A stretch of 64,000 nt of DNA, taken from positions 1,169 to 65,168 of the forward strand of contig CAMCHJ010000004.1 in the NCBI GenBank assembly GCA_945874665.1. The letters are read 5' to 3'. The notes under the pieces are model-generated. The model was not told the DNA's origin, made no database searches, and saw only the letters and a program-made list of their open reading frames with translations. This document shows, one piece after another, positions 28,375-39,118 of the stretch. Every line of letters starts with the position of its first letter. The stretch's first letter is position 1. The stretch comes from Chitinophaga pinensis. Lineage in GTDB: Bacteria; Bacteroidota; Bacteroidia; UBA7662. The translations under genes were made by a program, and so were the position numbers.

Positions 28375-28782
28375 ATGAAAAATGCATTGATGTTATGGGC
28401 GGTTGTGTTGTTAGCGGCCCTACTCACGGCTTGTTTTCCTGATCGCAAAGAAATTCGAGAAAACACTTGGATAGCCGTTTCATTAAAGCCAAGTGCCACC
28501 GATAGTACATGGAATCCGGGTGCAGTGTATGAACTTACCTTTCCAGAAAAACGCACTTTTTCAATTCGACTTGATGTGAACAGCTGTGGTGGAATTGCGG
28601 CTTTTAACCCCAATAACATCATTTTTTTTAATGATATCAGTTGTTCAGAGGCTTGCTGTGATAGTCCTTTTGCAACCGAAATGTTGCGTTTATTAGCTGA
28701 AGTAAATCGATATCAGTTTAACGATGACCAACTAGAGCTTACGGGTAACAATGGGATCGTCATTAATTTTACCCGTAAATAG
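28375..28782 (+). CDS. META/HslJ-domain lipoprotein
   Basis: Lipobox LTAC, VNSCGG, SEACC, L.L.G..G..I.F terminus. Confidence 0.65.
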   Translation: MKNALMLWAVVLLAALLTACFPDRKEIRENTWIAVSLKPSATDSTWNPGAVYELTFPEKRTFSIRLDVNSCGGIAAFNPNNIIFFNDISCSEACCDSPFATEMLRLLAEVNRYQFNDDQLELTGNNGIVINFTRK

Positions 28783-28877
28783 ATGGCGGGCTCTTTGAAC
28801 TTTTTGGGCTAAAAAAGCCTTACTTTTGTGTTTTCATGGGTGATAGAAGCCTCTGATCAACAAAAAAAACTAACAAT

Positions 28878-29294
28878 ATGGCATATCCCGAATTTATGGT
28901 TGCGCCCATGCGCAGAGACCTCACCGAAGCAGGGTTTAACGAATTAAAAACAGCACAAGAAGTAGAGCAATTGTTGGGCAACAAGTCTGGTACTACCCTT
29001 GTGGTAGTAAACTCTGTTTGCGGTTGTGCCGCTGCCAATGCGCGCCCGGCCGTGAAAAAAGCTATCCAGAATGCAAAAAAGCCAGGAGTGCTCAGCACTG
29101 TCTTTGCAGGCATGGAAACCGACGCGGTTGACAAGGCCCGTGCATTTATGTTGCCCTATCCGCCTTCTTCGCCAGCCATTGCTTTGTTCAAAGATGGCCA
29201 GTTGGTGCACATGCTTGAGCGCCATCACATAGAGGGTCGCTCGGCCGATATGATTGCCGCCAATTTGGTAGAGGCCTTTGATCAGCATTGCTAG
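28878..29294 (+). CDS. BrxA/BrxB-family bacilliredoxin
   Basis: VNSVCGCAA..ARP (CGC motif), PPSSP..ALFKDG. Confidence 0.92.
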   Translation: MAYPEFMVAPMRRDLTEAGFNELKTAQEVEQLLGNKSGTTLVVVNSVCGCAAANARPAVKKAIQNAKKPGVLSTVFAGMETDAVDKARAFMLPYPPSSPAIALFKDGQLVHMLERHHIEGRSADMIAANLVEAFDQHC

Positions 29295-29323
29295 TTCGAA
29301 GGTCCGCACGCATTACAATAACT

Positions 29324-29358
29324 AAAAAGCCCTGCTTGATAATTCGAGCAGGGCTTTT
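29324..29358. terminator. Bidirectional intrinsic terminator between the bacilliredoxin and patatin genes
   Basis: AAAAAGCCCTGCTTGA-TAAT-TCGAGCAGGGCTTTT between convergent genes. Confidence 0.85.
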
Positions 29359-29373
29359 AAATAAAACCGTGTT

Positions 29374-30150
29374 TTAAACGTTGGCTTCCGCCAAGGCTTT
29401 GAGTCGTTCTTTGGCTGCTTGGTACCCAATAGCATACATTTCGGCACCTTTATCGATCGAAAACAAATGAAATTTTTCCATCTGCGAAGGTTCAATGTAC
29501 ACATCTAGCAAGGGAATGCTTTGCGCTACGTTGTTGTGAATGGCAATGTTCAATACCCTTTCAATGCTCTGCATCCAGCCGTCTACCTGATCAACGTAGC
29601 CCACTGGGTTTACATTTACGCCTACTAGGCGCTCGCAAAGACCAGATAAAGCTGCTGCCGGCAAGTTTTCTGTCAACCCGCCATCTACATACAGGTGCTC
29701 GTTTAAGCGAATCGGTTCAAAAAGCAAGGGAATGGCGCAGGAGGCGAGAATGGGCAGCAGTAATTCACCTTTGTTGAAGTAAACAGACTTCCCTGAGCCC
29801 AAATCTGTAGCAGCTATCCAAAGTGGCAGGGCTAATTCTTCAAAATTTTTGGCAGTTATGTGCCTTTTGAGTGCGTTTTTAAGTCCAGTGGAACTCAACA
29901 GCCCACCCGCGCTCCATTTAAACTTAACCAAACTAAAGTTTTTCTCCTTATCGAAAATCTCTTTGATTTCGGCTGGATGCTTGCCATCAGCCAAGAGTGC
30001 GCCAATGATGGCGCCCACACTGGTGCCGGCAATGGCATCGAAGGAAAAACCGGCCTCGTAAAACGCGCTGAGCACACCCAAATGACCGTAGCCTTTGGCA
30101 GCACCGCCCGACAATACAAGACCGGTTTTAAACTTTTTGGTATCCCTCAT
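29374..30150 (-). CDS. Patatin-like phospholipase
   Basis: LSGGAAKG, GTSVG, DGG. Confidence 0.92.
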   Translation of the reverse strand: MRDTKKFKTGLVLSGGAAKGYGHLGVLSAFYEAGFSFDAIAGTSVGAIIGALLADGKHPAEIKEIFDKEKNFSLVKFKWSAGGLLSSTGLKNALKRHITAKNFEELALPLWIAATDLGSGKSVYFNKGELLLPILASCAIPLLFEPIRLNEHLYVDGGLTENLPAAALSGLCERLVGVNVNPVGYVDQVDGWMQSIERVLNIAIHNNVAQSIPLLDVYIEPSQMEKFHLFSIDKGAEMYAIGYQAAKERLKALAEANV

Positions 30151-31178
30151 TAAGCCTCGGCTTCTACTGGGGCGGCCGCGAGTTTTCCTTTCAAATGGTC
30201 CTTGATTTTCATTTCGATTTCTTCGGCCAAGTCAGGATTGTCCTTGAGCAATTGCTTAACGGCATCGCGCCCTTGACCCAATTTAGTTTCGCCATAGCTG
30301 TACCAAGAACCGCTTTTCTTAACGATGCCCAGTTCACTGCCGAGATCCACAATTTCGCCGTCTTTTGACACGCCTTCGCCGTACACAATGTCGAATTCAC
30401 ATTGACGGAAAGGTGGTGCTACTTTATTTTTCACAACTTTGATACGTACCCGGTTACCAGTTACATCCAAACCATCTTTGATTTGGCCGATGCGACGAAT
30501 ATCGAGTCGTATAGATGCATAAAACTTAAGTGCGTTACCACCAGTGGTTGTTTCAGGATTTCCGAACATTACACCAATTTTTTCACGCAATTGGTTGATG
30601 AATACACATACACAACCTGTTTTGTTGATGCTACCTGTGAGTTTACGCAAGGCTTGCGACATTAAACGCGCTTGTAAACCCATCATCGAATCACCCATTT
30701 CGCCTTCAATTTCGGCTTTAGGTACAAGTGCTGCCACGGAGTCGATTACAATGATATCGATGGCGCCTGAGCGAATCAGGTTATCGGCAATTTCGAGCGC
30801 CTGTTCCCCATTATCTGGCTGTGAAATCAGCAAATTGGCGGTATCGATGCCCAAATTTTCGGCGTAGGTTTTATCGAAGGCATGCTCTGCATCGATAAAG
30901 GCCGCCAAACCACCTTTTTTCTGCGCTTCTGCAATGGCATGCATCGCGATGGTGGTTTTACCAGATGATTCTGGTCCGTAGATTTCAATTACCCTACCGC
31001 GTGGGAATCCACCAATGCCAAGGGCAATGTCTAATCCCAGCGATCCTGAAGGAATCACATCCACATTTACGACACGTTGGTCACCCATTTTCATGACCAC
31101 ACCTTTGCCGTACGACTTCTCGAGTTTGTCGAGCGTAAGCTGCAGGGCTTTTTGTTTTTCGTTTACTGTACTGCTCAT
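30150..31178 (-). CDS. recA: Recombinase A
   Basis: [34 protein letters not shown]. Confidence 0.99.
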   Translation of the reverse strand: MSSTVNEKQKALQLTLDKLEKSYGKGVVMKMGDQRVVNVDVIPSGSLGLDIALGIGGFPRGRVIEIYGPESSGKTTIAMHAIAEAQKKGGLAAFIDAEHAFDKTYAENLGIDTANLLISQPDNGEQALEIADNLIRSGAIDIIVIDSVAALVPKAEIEGEMGDSMMGLQARLMSQALRKLTGSINKTGCVCVFINQLREKIGVMFGNPETTTGGNALKFYASIRLDIRRIGQIKDGLDVTGNRVRIKVVKNKVAPPFRQCEFDIVYGEGVSKDGEIVDLGSELGIVKKSGSWYSYGETKLGQGRDAVKQLLKDNPDLAEEIEMKIKDHLKGKLAAAPVEAEA

Positions 31179-31394
31179 ATCGTTTAAAATTTACTTTCAG
31201 TTTAGGCTTCTAAATTACGGAGATAAACAACCGCTTGTTAACCCGTTTTCCGCATTCTTTTGCACAAATTACGCATCTTCATTTGTCATCTCTTGTCAAA
31301 TTATTAAAACAGGTAATTACACATGGCATACAACCAGCTAATACTTTCTGCGTTTCTCATACAACAAACGTATCCAGCATTTATCTTTGGTGTA

Positions 31395-32075
31395 GTGAAA
31401 GTACTTTTTTCCCTCTTTATCAGCTGTTGCTGTTTGGTGCTTGTGGCTCAGGCTCAAAGCCCCAAGAGCGACCGCAAGGCCGTGCAGTTTTCGGGTCTCA
31501 CCGTGAGTTCTGATAGCATGGACGTCATTCCTTTTACGACCATCTTGGTAAAAAACCGTTTCAAAGGCACGGTTAGCGACAACAGCGGTTTTTTTTCCTT
31601 TGTTGCCTTAGAAGGAGATACCATTGTTTTTAGCGGGATAGGCTACAAAACTTCGCTGATGGTTGTTGATAAAGAAGCCGCCGCCGATGATATTTTTTCG
31701 GTTCTAATGCCCATGATGCGCGATACATTAGAGCTGCCCATGGCCATCATCTATCCCTGGCCAAGCAAAGAGGCGTTTAGGCAAGAATTTTTAGCATTGG
31801 AGCTCAAAGACGACATCTACACCCGCGCCGCCCGCAATCTAGAAAACGAGTTGTTGGCGCAATTAGCCAGCGCCATGACCATGGATGCTTCCGAAAACCA
31901 GCGTATGTACATGCAAAAAACCATTGCACAAACGTATTATGCCGGCGGACAACAGAATTTTCAGCAGCTGGGAGGTCCAAATGCCATACCCATTCCCTCG
32001 ACTTTGTTGAATCCTTTGGCTTGGGCTGAGTTTGTTAAAGCCATCAAACGAGGTGACTTTAAGCGGAAAAAGTAG
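31395..32075 (+). CDS. Carboxypeptidase-regulatory-like domain exported protein
   Basis: GTVSDNSGFFS..GDTIVFSGIGYK. GTG start chosen just after a TATCTTTG box (31382-31389). Confidence 0.75.
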   Translation: MKVLFSLFISCCCLVLVAQAQSPKSDRKAVQFSGLTVSSDSMDVIPFTTILVKNRFKGTVSDNSGFFSFVALEGDTIVFSGIGYKTSLMVVDKEAAADDIFSVLMPMMRDTLELPMAIIYPWPSKEAFRQEFLALELKDDIYTRAARNLENELLAQLASAMTMDASENQRMYMQKTIAQTYYAGGQQNFQQLGGPNAIPIPSTLLNPLAWAEFVKAIKRGDFKRKK

Positions 32076-32083
32076 TCTACAGC

Positions 32084-34498
32084 ATGCCAAATCCACTATT
32101 GCACCGTATCAAAGCCTTCCTATCCAAGCTTGTGCAGCTACTAACGTTGGGATGGCGAAAGCTCTCCAAACCCGCCGTCTGGAACAGAACCAGGTACAAA
32201 AAACTTACATCTGGCCGCAAGGCACTCAGTTGGCTCTATTCTGGCTTTATGGTGCTGCTCATGGCAGCCATTGCGCTTGAGCTTAACTTTTTGTGGTTAT
32301 TTGGAGCGATGCCGAGTATGCTGGAAGTACAACGCGCCGAAATGAGTCAGGCCTCCGAAATTTACGCTGCCGATGGCCAACTCCTTGGCAAGTATTACAC
32401 TGAAAATAGGAGTCCTGTTGCATACGATTCTATTCAACCCTTCCTCCTCCAAACCCTCATTGCAGTAGAGGATGAGCGTTTTTATCAACACATAGGCATT
32501 GATTTTAAGGCCATTGGTGCCGCTTTGAGGGATGCAGCACGGGGTCAGGCCCGCGGCGCCAGTACCATCACCCAACAATTGGCCAAAAATCTTTTTCAAA
32601 CCCGAACCGATGGCACGGGTTTATTAGGCAAGCTCCCGGGCGTGTCGGTTTTGTTAGCCAAAGCCAAAGAATGGATCACCGCCTTAAAGCTGGAGGTGTT
32701 TTTTAACAAGCAAGAAATTTTAGCCTTATACCTCAATACGGTGGACTTTGGGAGAAATAGCTTTGGCATTAAAAGTGCAGCCAAGACCTATTTTAACAAA
32801 GCACCGAGTGAACTTTTGCCTGAAGAATGTGCCGTTTTAGTGGGCATGCTCAAGGCCCCCACCTACTACAATCCCGTAGCCAATCCTAAAAACTCCCTGC
32901 GCCGACGCAACGTGGTACTGCAGCAGCTCCAAGCACAAGGGCTCATCACCGAAAAGCAGCTGCAGCAGCTGAGCCAAAAACCCATCAAGCTGCAATACAA
33001 AGAAGAAGAGGTTACCGATGGCTTGGCACCCTATTTTAGATCGGAGTTGGCCAAGTGGTTGCGCGATTATCTCAAAACAAATTACGGCGACAAATACAAC
33101 ATTTATACCAGTGGTTTACGCATCGAAACCACGCTCGATACCCGGATGCAAGTGCACGGGGAGGCGGCGGTAGGACAAACCATGCGCCGTTTGCAACGCA
33201 GGTTTGAAGAACATTGGCGCGGACGCATTCCCTGGGAGCTGCCCGATGGACAAGAGGATTCGACCTGGTTCGCAACCCTGGTACAACGCACCGACCGCTA
33301 TAAAGCTGCAAAAAAGGCTGGGGTTGCTGAGGCAGCCATCTGGCAACAGCTGGCCGAGCCAGTGGAGATGGAGTTGTTTGATTGGCAGGGCAGCAAGCAG
33401 GTAACGATGAGTCCACTCGATTCGCTGCGCCACGACCTCAAAATGCTGCAGTGCGGCATGGTGGCGGTTGACCCCTTTTCTGGTCAAATCAGGATGTGGG
33501 TGGGCGGCATCAATTTTAGGCATTATAAATACGACCACGTAAAGCAGATGCGCCGCCAGCCAGGCTCTACTTTTAAGCCATTTGTGTATGCCGCGGCCAT
33601 TGAACAGGGTAGGGGCCCGTGCGACAAATTGGTTGATAAGCCTGTAACCGTGGTTTACCAAGAAAATGGAGAAGAAAAGCGGTGGTCGCCACGCAACGCC
33701 GACTGGCAGTTTACTTACAGCGAATACACCCTGCGCCGGGGCATGGCACGCTCCATCAATACCATTGCCGCACAGCTCACCGAAATAGTAGGGCCCGCGG
33801 CAGTAGTTGATATTGCCAAGCGACTGGGCATTGAAAGTCCGCTTGAAGCCCTCCCCGCCATCGGACTCGGGGCCAGCGACGTTTCCCTGCTCGAAATGGC
33901 GGGTGCTTACGCGGCCTTTATGAACCGTGGCGAGTGGATTGAACCACATTTTGTAACCCGGGTGTTTGACCGCAAGGGCAAGCTCATTTTTGAGTTTGAG
34001 CCGAAGCGGCGACAAGCCATTACGCCTGAAACGGCATACTTAATGACCTATATGCTGCGTGGCGGTACAGAGGAGGGCGGCGGCACCTCACAGGCGTTGT
34101 TCGAATTTGATATTTTTAAAGGCAACAACCAAATTGGGGGTAAAACCGGTACTTCGCAATCTTATTCAGATGGTTGGTTTGTGGGGATGACCAAAGATTT
34201 AGTTGTAGGCAGTTGGGTGGGTGCCGACCAGCGCAAGGTGCATTTTAGGACCTCCCAAACGGGTGAAGGCAGCAAGACCGCCTTGCCGATTGCAGGCAAA
34301 TTTTTGGAATTGGCCTACGACGATGTACTTAAAATGGGGCCCTTCCCTGAGGCTAGGGTGAAGATTAATAAGCCGTACAACTGCCGCACCATATTAAAAG
34401 CGACAGTTGTTGATAGTTTGGAAGTTTTGGAAGAAGAAGATCCAGTATTACCGGAGCTACCAAGCAATGACGATGCACCGCCGGTTAGCCCACAATAA
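32084..34498 (+). CDS. Class A penicillin-binding protein (PBP1A-like)
   Basis: EDERFYQH, GASTITQQLAKN transglycosylase motifs; STFK, SIN, KTG transpeptidase motifs. Confidence 0.93.
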   Translation: MPNPLLHRIKAFLSKLVQLLTLGWRKLSKPAVWNRTRYKKLTSGRKALSWLYSGFMVLLMAAIALELNFLWLFGAMPSMLEVQRAEMSQASEIYAADGQLLGKYYTENRSPVAYDSIQPFLLQTLIAVEDERFYQHIGIDFKAIGAALRDAARGQARGASTITQQLAKNLFQTRTDGTGLLGKLPGVSVLLAKAKEWITALKLEVFFNKQEILALYLNTVDFGRNSFGIKSAAKTYFNKAPSELLPEECAVLVGMLKAPTYYNPVANPKNSLRRRNVVLQQLQAQGLITEKQLQQLSQKPIKLQYKEEEVTDGLAPYFRSELAKWLRDYLKTNYGDKYNIYTSGLRIETTLDTRMQVHGEAAVGQTMRRLQRRFEEHWRGRIPWELPDGQEDSTWFATLVQRTDRYKAAKKAGVAEAAIWQQLAEPVEMELFDWQGSKQVTMSPLDSLRHDLKMLQCGMVAVDPFSGQIRMWVGGINFRHYKYDHVKQMRRQPGSTFKPFVYAAAIEQGRGPCDKLVDKPVTVVYQENGEEKRWSPRNADWQFTYSEYTLRRGMARSINTIAAQLTEIVGPAAVVDIAKRLGIESPLEALPAIGLGASDVSLLEMAGAYAAFMNRGEWIEPHFVTRVFDRKGKLIFEFEPKRRQAITPETAYLMTYMLRGGTEEGGGTSQALFEFDIFKGNNQIGGKTGTSQSYSDGWFVGMTKDLVVGSWVGADQRKVHFRTSQTGEGSKTALPIAGKFLELAYDDVLKMGPFPEARVKINKPYNCRTILKATVVDSLEVLEEEDPVLPELPSNDDAPPVSPQ

Positions 34499-34518
34499 AC
34501 AGTGAGGCAGGCGTAAAC

Positions 34519-36099
34519 CTAGTAAAAAGTAAACTTTACCAATCTATACGGCCCTTTTGCCGAATGTGCCAAGGCAACTGATTGGGTGCGGTTGATGGCA
34601 AAGGCAGAAAACGGCAGCACAATGCTGCCTTCTTCTTTGTCGATAAACAACTCATCGGCCTCCAATTTGCCATATTTATCTACATAGGCAATCATCGCAC
34701 TGCTGCTTTTGGTATCTGGCCGTACCATGCTCTCCTTTTTTACGGGATCGCTGATTTCGCGGTTGGCGGGATGGTCGTTGTAAAGGAATGCCACTTTATC
34801 GCGCACCATGCCGGTGATAAAGGAAACGCTGGCGCCTTCGTCGTTTTCAGGACTTTGGTTGAGGGCGAGGCTCGACTGCCAATCAACTGAACCGCGGGCG
34901 TTGAAGTTCACAATCATCATGCCTTGCACATAATGGGTTATTTTGCTCTTGGCATCGGGCCAGCTTTCCGGTTTTTGTCCCGATGGCACTTCTTTGTTCA
35001 CGCGGCGAATTTCACCAATCAGGTACACATTGCCGTTTGAGCTCACCAAAATCGATGGTTTTACATCCATTACCCCTTTAATAATCTTGCGCGGGATGTT
35101 GGTATCAACAAATTTGCGCAGGGTAGCCTTGTGGATTTCTACAAAGGCTTTGTCGAGCGGCTCTACCGTTTTGCGCAGCACTTGGTGGGTAATGATGTCG
35201 GTGGTGGTGATGAAGCTGCCATTTAAGCCCGACCGCTGTGAGGCACCGTAAAAGCCAGCGGCATGCAGTTTATCATCGCTTTTGGCGAGATTAATCACCA
35301 CTTCGTGAACAAAAGTGCCTTCGCCCACATTTACTGGATATTCACGGGTAGTGCCTTTTTCTACCTCATAATTTAAGATCGTCCAATAATAAGGCAACTC
35401 TACCCGTACGGGTCTTTTGCTCATGTTTACGTTCGAAACTTTGGCGGTGAGAAACAGATTGGTGCTGCCATCGGCGATCACCATACCGGGTTCGGTGGCT
35501 TTTTCGTTAAAAGGACTCACCAGGATTTTATCGGCTTTGATAGCGCGCTTTTTATCAAGCACTTTGTAGCTGAATTTGCTGGCTTCGCCTACCGCCACAG
35601 ACTTGCTGCGGAAGTAATAAAATAACTTGCCATCATTGCTTTTGCCAATCAACGGTGTTACCGAGCGAGGATCGATGCCTTCTGTGCCTTTGATTTCGTC
35701 GAGCACCATAAACTCGCTGCCGTAAGTGCCATTAGGGTCGAGTGACCAAGCGTAAATGGTACGTACTTTTTCGGATTCGGCATAAAAGGAAGTGATCATA
35801 ATCAACTCATCTTCAATGCTCATCACTTGCATCAGCTCGTGCTTAATTTTGTTTTCGGCAGGAAGCTTGAGTTCATAGGTGGCTTCCAGGTTTAAGGAAG
35901 GGTCGAAGGCATGAATTTCGTAACTATCGGCTTTTTTGGTGTGCAGAACGAGGGTGTTCGACTTATTGGCAGCAAATATATACGTTTGCTTGCCGGTGAT
36001 TTTTTCTTTGGCTGGAAGGCCTACTTGGATACCCAACGATTGGGCGCTCAAGAGGTTAACACTGAAGATTAAAATCGCGGCTAAGAGCAGCTTTTTCAT
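34519..36099 (-). CDS. Hypothetical exported beta-rich protein
   Basis: Signal peptide, 526-aa open frame, no recognised catalytic motif. Confidence 0.7.
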   Translation of the reverse strand: MKKLLLAAILIFSVNLLSAQSLGIQVGLPAKEKITGKQTYIFAANKSNTLVLHTKKADSYEIHAFDPSLNLEATYELKLPAENKIKHELMQVMSIEDELIMITSFYAESEKVRTIYAWSLDPNGTYGSEFMVLDEIKGTEGIDPRSVTPLIGKSNDGKLFYYFRSKSVAVGEASKFSYKVLDKKRAIKADKILVSPFNEKATEPGMVIADGSTNLFLTAKVSNVNMSKRPVRVELPYYWTILNYEVEKGTTREYPVNVGEGTFVHEVVINLAKSDDKLHAAGFYGASQRSGLNGSFITTTDIITHQVLRKTVEPLDKAFVEIHKATLRKFVDTNIPRKIIKGVMDVKPSILVSSNGNVYLIGEIRRVNKEVPSGQKPESWPDAKSKITHYVQGMMIVNFNARGSVDWQSSLALNQSPENDEGASVSFITGMVRDKVAFLYNDHPANREISDPVKKESMVRPDTKSSSAMIAYVDKYGKLEADELFIDKEEGSIVLPFSAFAINRTQSVALAHSAKGPYRLVKFTFY

Positions 36100-36186
36100 G
36101 GTAAAGAATATTTTGAAGTCTAAAAACCGAATTGTTCTGAGGCTAAATTAAGGAATTCAGCAAACTTTCAAGCCTTTGGCGTAAAA

Positions 36187-36933
36187 TCACCAACGACCGC
36201 TGGCACCGCCACCGCCCGACATGCCTCCGCCGAAGCCGCCAAAGCCGCCACCGCCACCTCCGCCACCAAAGCCACCACCACCCATTGGGAAGAAGAAAGG
36301 AGGCTGGTAACCTGCCCGGCCTTTGCCGCTGAAGCTCTGACCGCCGCCGTTGCGCGAGTTGATGATGCTGATGAGGATTACCACGATGAGAATGACCACC
36401 AAAGAACCAGGCCCTTTTTTGTCGCCTTTGCCCTTAGCATCGGCTGTGTAGGCGCCCTCGAGCACCTGAATCACCGATTTACTAGCCGCATACAAGCCAC
36501 CGGCATAGTCGCCCGAGCGGAAATTAGGTACCATCTCACGCTCAATAATGCGCCGCGAAAGGGCATCGGTGAGGCGGTCTTCAAGCCCGTAGCCCACTTC
36601 CATGCGCACAGCCCGCTCTTCCATTGATAGCAAGATGAGCAGACCGTTGTTTTTGCTTTTTTGACCTATCCCCCAAGCTTCATACAGCTTATTGGCGTAA
36701 TCAGCGATTTCGTAACCGCCCAAACTAGGCACGGTAACGATGGTGATTTGGGTGGAGGTGCTGTCGCTGTAGCTCACCAACATGGTTTCGAGCTTGTTGA
36801 GCTCCATGCGATTGAGTACCTGGGCAAAGTCGTTCACCAAGCGCACCGGCTTCATGGGTTGTGGCAGGTCCTGGGCTGACAATGGCAGCACCAGCAGCAA
36901 AAGCACACTGATTTTAACCAAAAGTGATCTCAT
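36187..36933 (-). CDS. TPM-domain membrane protein with Gly-rich tail (YgcG-like)
   Basis: VNDFAQVL, WGIGQK..NNGLL, EVGYGLE, GGGMSGGGGASGRW. Confidence 0.92.
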   Translation of the reverse strand: MRSLLVKISVLLLLVLPLSAQDLPQPMKPVRLVNDFAQVLNRMELNKLETMLVSYSDSTSTQITIVTVPSLGGYEIADYANKLYEAWGIGQKSKNNGLLILLSMEERAVRMEVGYGLEDRLTDALSRRIIEREMVPNFRSGDYAGGLYAASKSVIQVLEGAYTADAKGKGDKKGPGSLVVILIVVILISIINSRNGGGQSFSGKGRAGYQPPFFFPMGGGGFGGGGGGGGFGGFGGGMSGGGGASGRW

Positions 36934-37357
36934 CCGACAATTCATTTTGGTCGTTATTGCCCTGGTGCGGGAAAAATTCCCGGAGCTTTTCACCTACTTG
37001 TTCGAGTGCTTTGCTGATCCCGCCGGCGTAATCGCCCTGCTTAAAATGCTGGGTCATGAGGGCGATTTCAGCCTCCCAAAAATCCTTGCCTACCGCCGCA
37101 TCTATGCCTTCATCTCCATAAATGGCCACCTGATGGTCTTTTACAGCAATGTACAACAGCACCCCATTGCGGGCCACGGTGTTGCGCATACCCAGCTTGC
37201 CGAATAAAAAGGTCGCCCTTGCAAGGGCATCCCCGCGTGAATAATCTTCGAGGTGTACCCGCACTTCGCCTGAGCTGGCTGCTTCGGCTTGCTGGATGGC
37301 TTGCAGTACGGTTTTTTGTCCTGCCGCGTCGAGTAATTTTTTAGCCGACTCGCTCAA
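36914..37357 (-). CDS. TPM-domain protein
   Basis: AE..SSGEVRVH, RNGVLLY, GDEGI, NELSDEI. Confidence 0.9.
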   Translation of the reverse strand: MSESAKKLLDAAGQKTVLQAIQQAEAASSGEVRVHLEDYSRGDALARATFLFGKLGMRNTVARNGVLLYIAVKDHQVAIYGDEGIDAAVGKDFWEAEIALMTQHFKQGDYAGGISKALEQVGEKLREFFPHQGNNDQNELSDEITFG

Positions 37358-37932
37358 AACTCAACCTTTGGGGCTTTTTCGCTGCCTTCGTCTGACTTAA
37401 AATAGCCTCTTTGTTCAAAGCCAAACCAGCCGGAGATGAAATTGTTGGGGAATTTGCGGATGTAGGTATTGTAGTCTTGCACCATTTCGTTAAACCTGCG
37501 GCGCTCTACGCTGATGCGGTTTTCGGTGCCTTCGAGCTGCGACTGCAGTTCGAGGAAGTTTTGGTTGGCTTTGAGGTCGGGGTATTTTTCAACCACCACC
37601 ATCAAACGCGACAAAGCACCGCTCAATTGGGCTTGGTTGGCTTGAAATTTTTCGATGGTAGCGGCGTCTAATTTGCTGGCATCTACGTTCATGCCGGTGG
37701 CTTTGGCCCGGGCTTCCACCACTTGGGTGAGGGTTTCTTGCTCAAAATCGGCATACCCTTTTACCGTGCTCACCAGGTTAGGAATGAGGTCGGCGCGGCG
37801 CTGGTAAGCCGTTTCAACATTGGCCCACTGCGAACTCACAGCTTCATCTTTGCTCACCATGGAGTTGTAACCGCAGCTGCTGAGCAATACCGGAATGAGG
37901 GCTAACAAACTTAATCGAAGGGCAATTTTCAT
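37354..37932 (-). CDS. lemA: LemA-family protein
   Basis: YQRRADLIPNLV, YPDLKANQNF, LEGTENRI. Confidence 0.95.
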   Translation of the reverse strand: MKIALRLSLLALIPVLLSSCGYNSMVSKDEAVSSQWANVETAYQRRADLIPNLVSTVKGYADFEQETLTQVVEARAKATGMNVDASKLDAATIEKFQANQAQLSGALSRLMVVVEKYPDLKANQNFLELQSQLEGTENRISVERRRFNEMVQDYNTYIRKFPNNFISGWFGFEQRGYFKSDEGSEKAPKVEF

Positions 37933-38113
37933 GTGTAGGGGTTTAATACGGCTAAAATACTGAAAAAATAGGATTAGTTGCCATGGCGCAATAGCTTTCG
38001 GATTTTACTTTGAGTAAACGCTTTTGCAGCCAAGCTGTTGTTTCAAAAGATTGTAACACCGAAAACAGATAAAAACGTCTGATTTCTATATTTTTGCAGC
38101 GTAATTAGAATTC

Positions 38114-39118
38114 ATGATTCAAACCGATATATGCATCATTGGCGCGGGACCGGTGGGCTTGTTTGCCGTTTTTGAGGCGGGACTGCTTAAAATGCGTTGT
38201 CATTTGGTGGATTCCTTGCCGCAAGTGGGCGGACAACTTTCTGAAATTTATCCCAAAAAACCGATTTACGACATTCCCGGCTACCCAAGCATTTTAGCTG
38301 GCGAATTGGTTGATAATTTGATGGCCCAAATCGAGCCCTTCGAGCCCACTTTTACCTTGGGAGAACGGGTGGAGGAGCTGGAGCGGCGAGCCGATGAAAG
38401 TTTTGTGGTGCGTACCAATATGGGCAGCGAAATTGCCTGTAAAGTGGTGGTGATAGCCGCCGGACTAGGCTGTTTTGAGCCTCGTAAACCCGAAATTCCG
38501 AACATCGAAGCCTTCGAAAACAAAGGGGTTTCGTACATGATTTTAGATCCCGAAAAATACCGGGGCAAAAAAGTAGTGCTGGCAGGTGGGGGCGATTCGG
38601 CCCTCGACTGGACCATCTTTTTAGCTGACATTGCCTCGGAACTCACGCTGGTACACCGCAACGAAACCTTCCGCGGAGCTGTGGATTCAGCCGAAAAAGT
38701 GGCGAAATTGGCCGAAGAAGGCAAAATAAGATTGCTTTTGAGCTCGCAGCTCGGTTGTTTAGCAGGCGAAGGCCAGTTGCAAACTGTAGAAATAATCAAC
38801 AAACAAAAAGAAAGCCAGCTGCTCGAGGCCGACTACCTCATTCCGCTTTTTGGCTTGAGTCCCAAACTCGGTCCAATCGAAGGCTGGGGCCTCAACCTCG
38901 ACAAAAGCGCCATTGAGGTAAATGTGCACGATTACAGCACCAACGTACCTGGCATTTACGCTATTGGCGACATCAACACCTACCCTGGCAAGCTAAAGCT
39001 CATTTTGTGCGGCTTCCACGAGGCGGCGTTAATGGCCCAAACGGCCTTTAAGCGGGTGTATCCCGACCAAAAACTCAGTTTTAAATACACCACCGTAAAT
39101 GGTGTGAACGCATTTTGA
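38114..39118 (+). CDS. Thioredoxin-reductase-like ferredoxin-NADP(+) reductase
   Basis: IIGAGPVG, YPKKPIYDIPG, GGGDSALDW, no redox CxxC; adjacent to a ferredoxin. Confidence 0.88.
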   Translation: MIQTDICIIGAGPVGLFAVFEAGLLKMRCHLVDSLPQVGGQLSEIYPKKPIYDIPGYPSILAGELVDNLMAQIEPFEPTFTLGERVEELERRADESFVVRTNMGSEIACKVVVIAAGLGCFEPRKPEIPNIEAFENKGVSYMILDPEKYRGKKVVLAGGGDSALDWTIFLADIASELTLVHRNETFRGAVDSAEKVAKLAEEGKIRLLLSSQLGCLAGEGQLQTVEIINKQKESQLLEADYLIPLFGLSPKLGPIEGWGLNLDKSAIEVNVHDYSTNVPGIYAIGDINTYPGKLKLILCGFHEAALMAQTAFKRVYPDQKLSFKYTTVNGVNAF

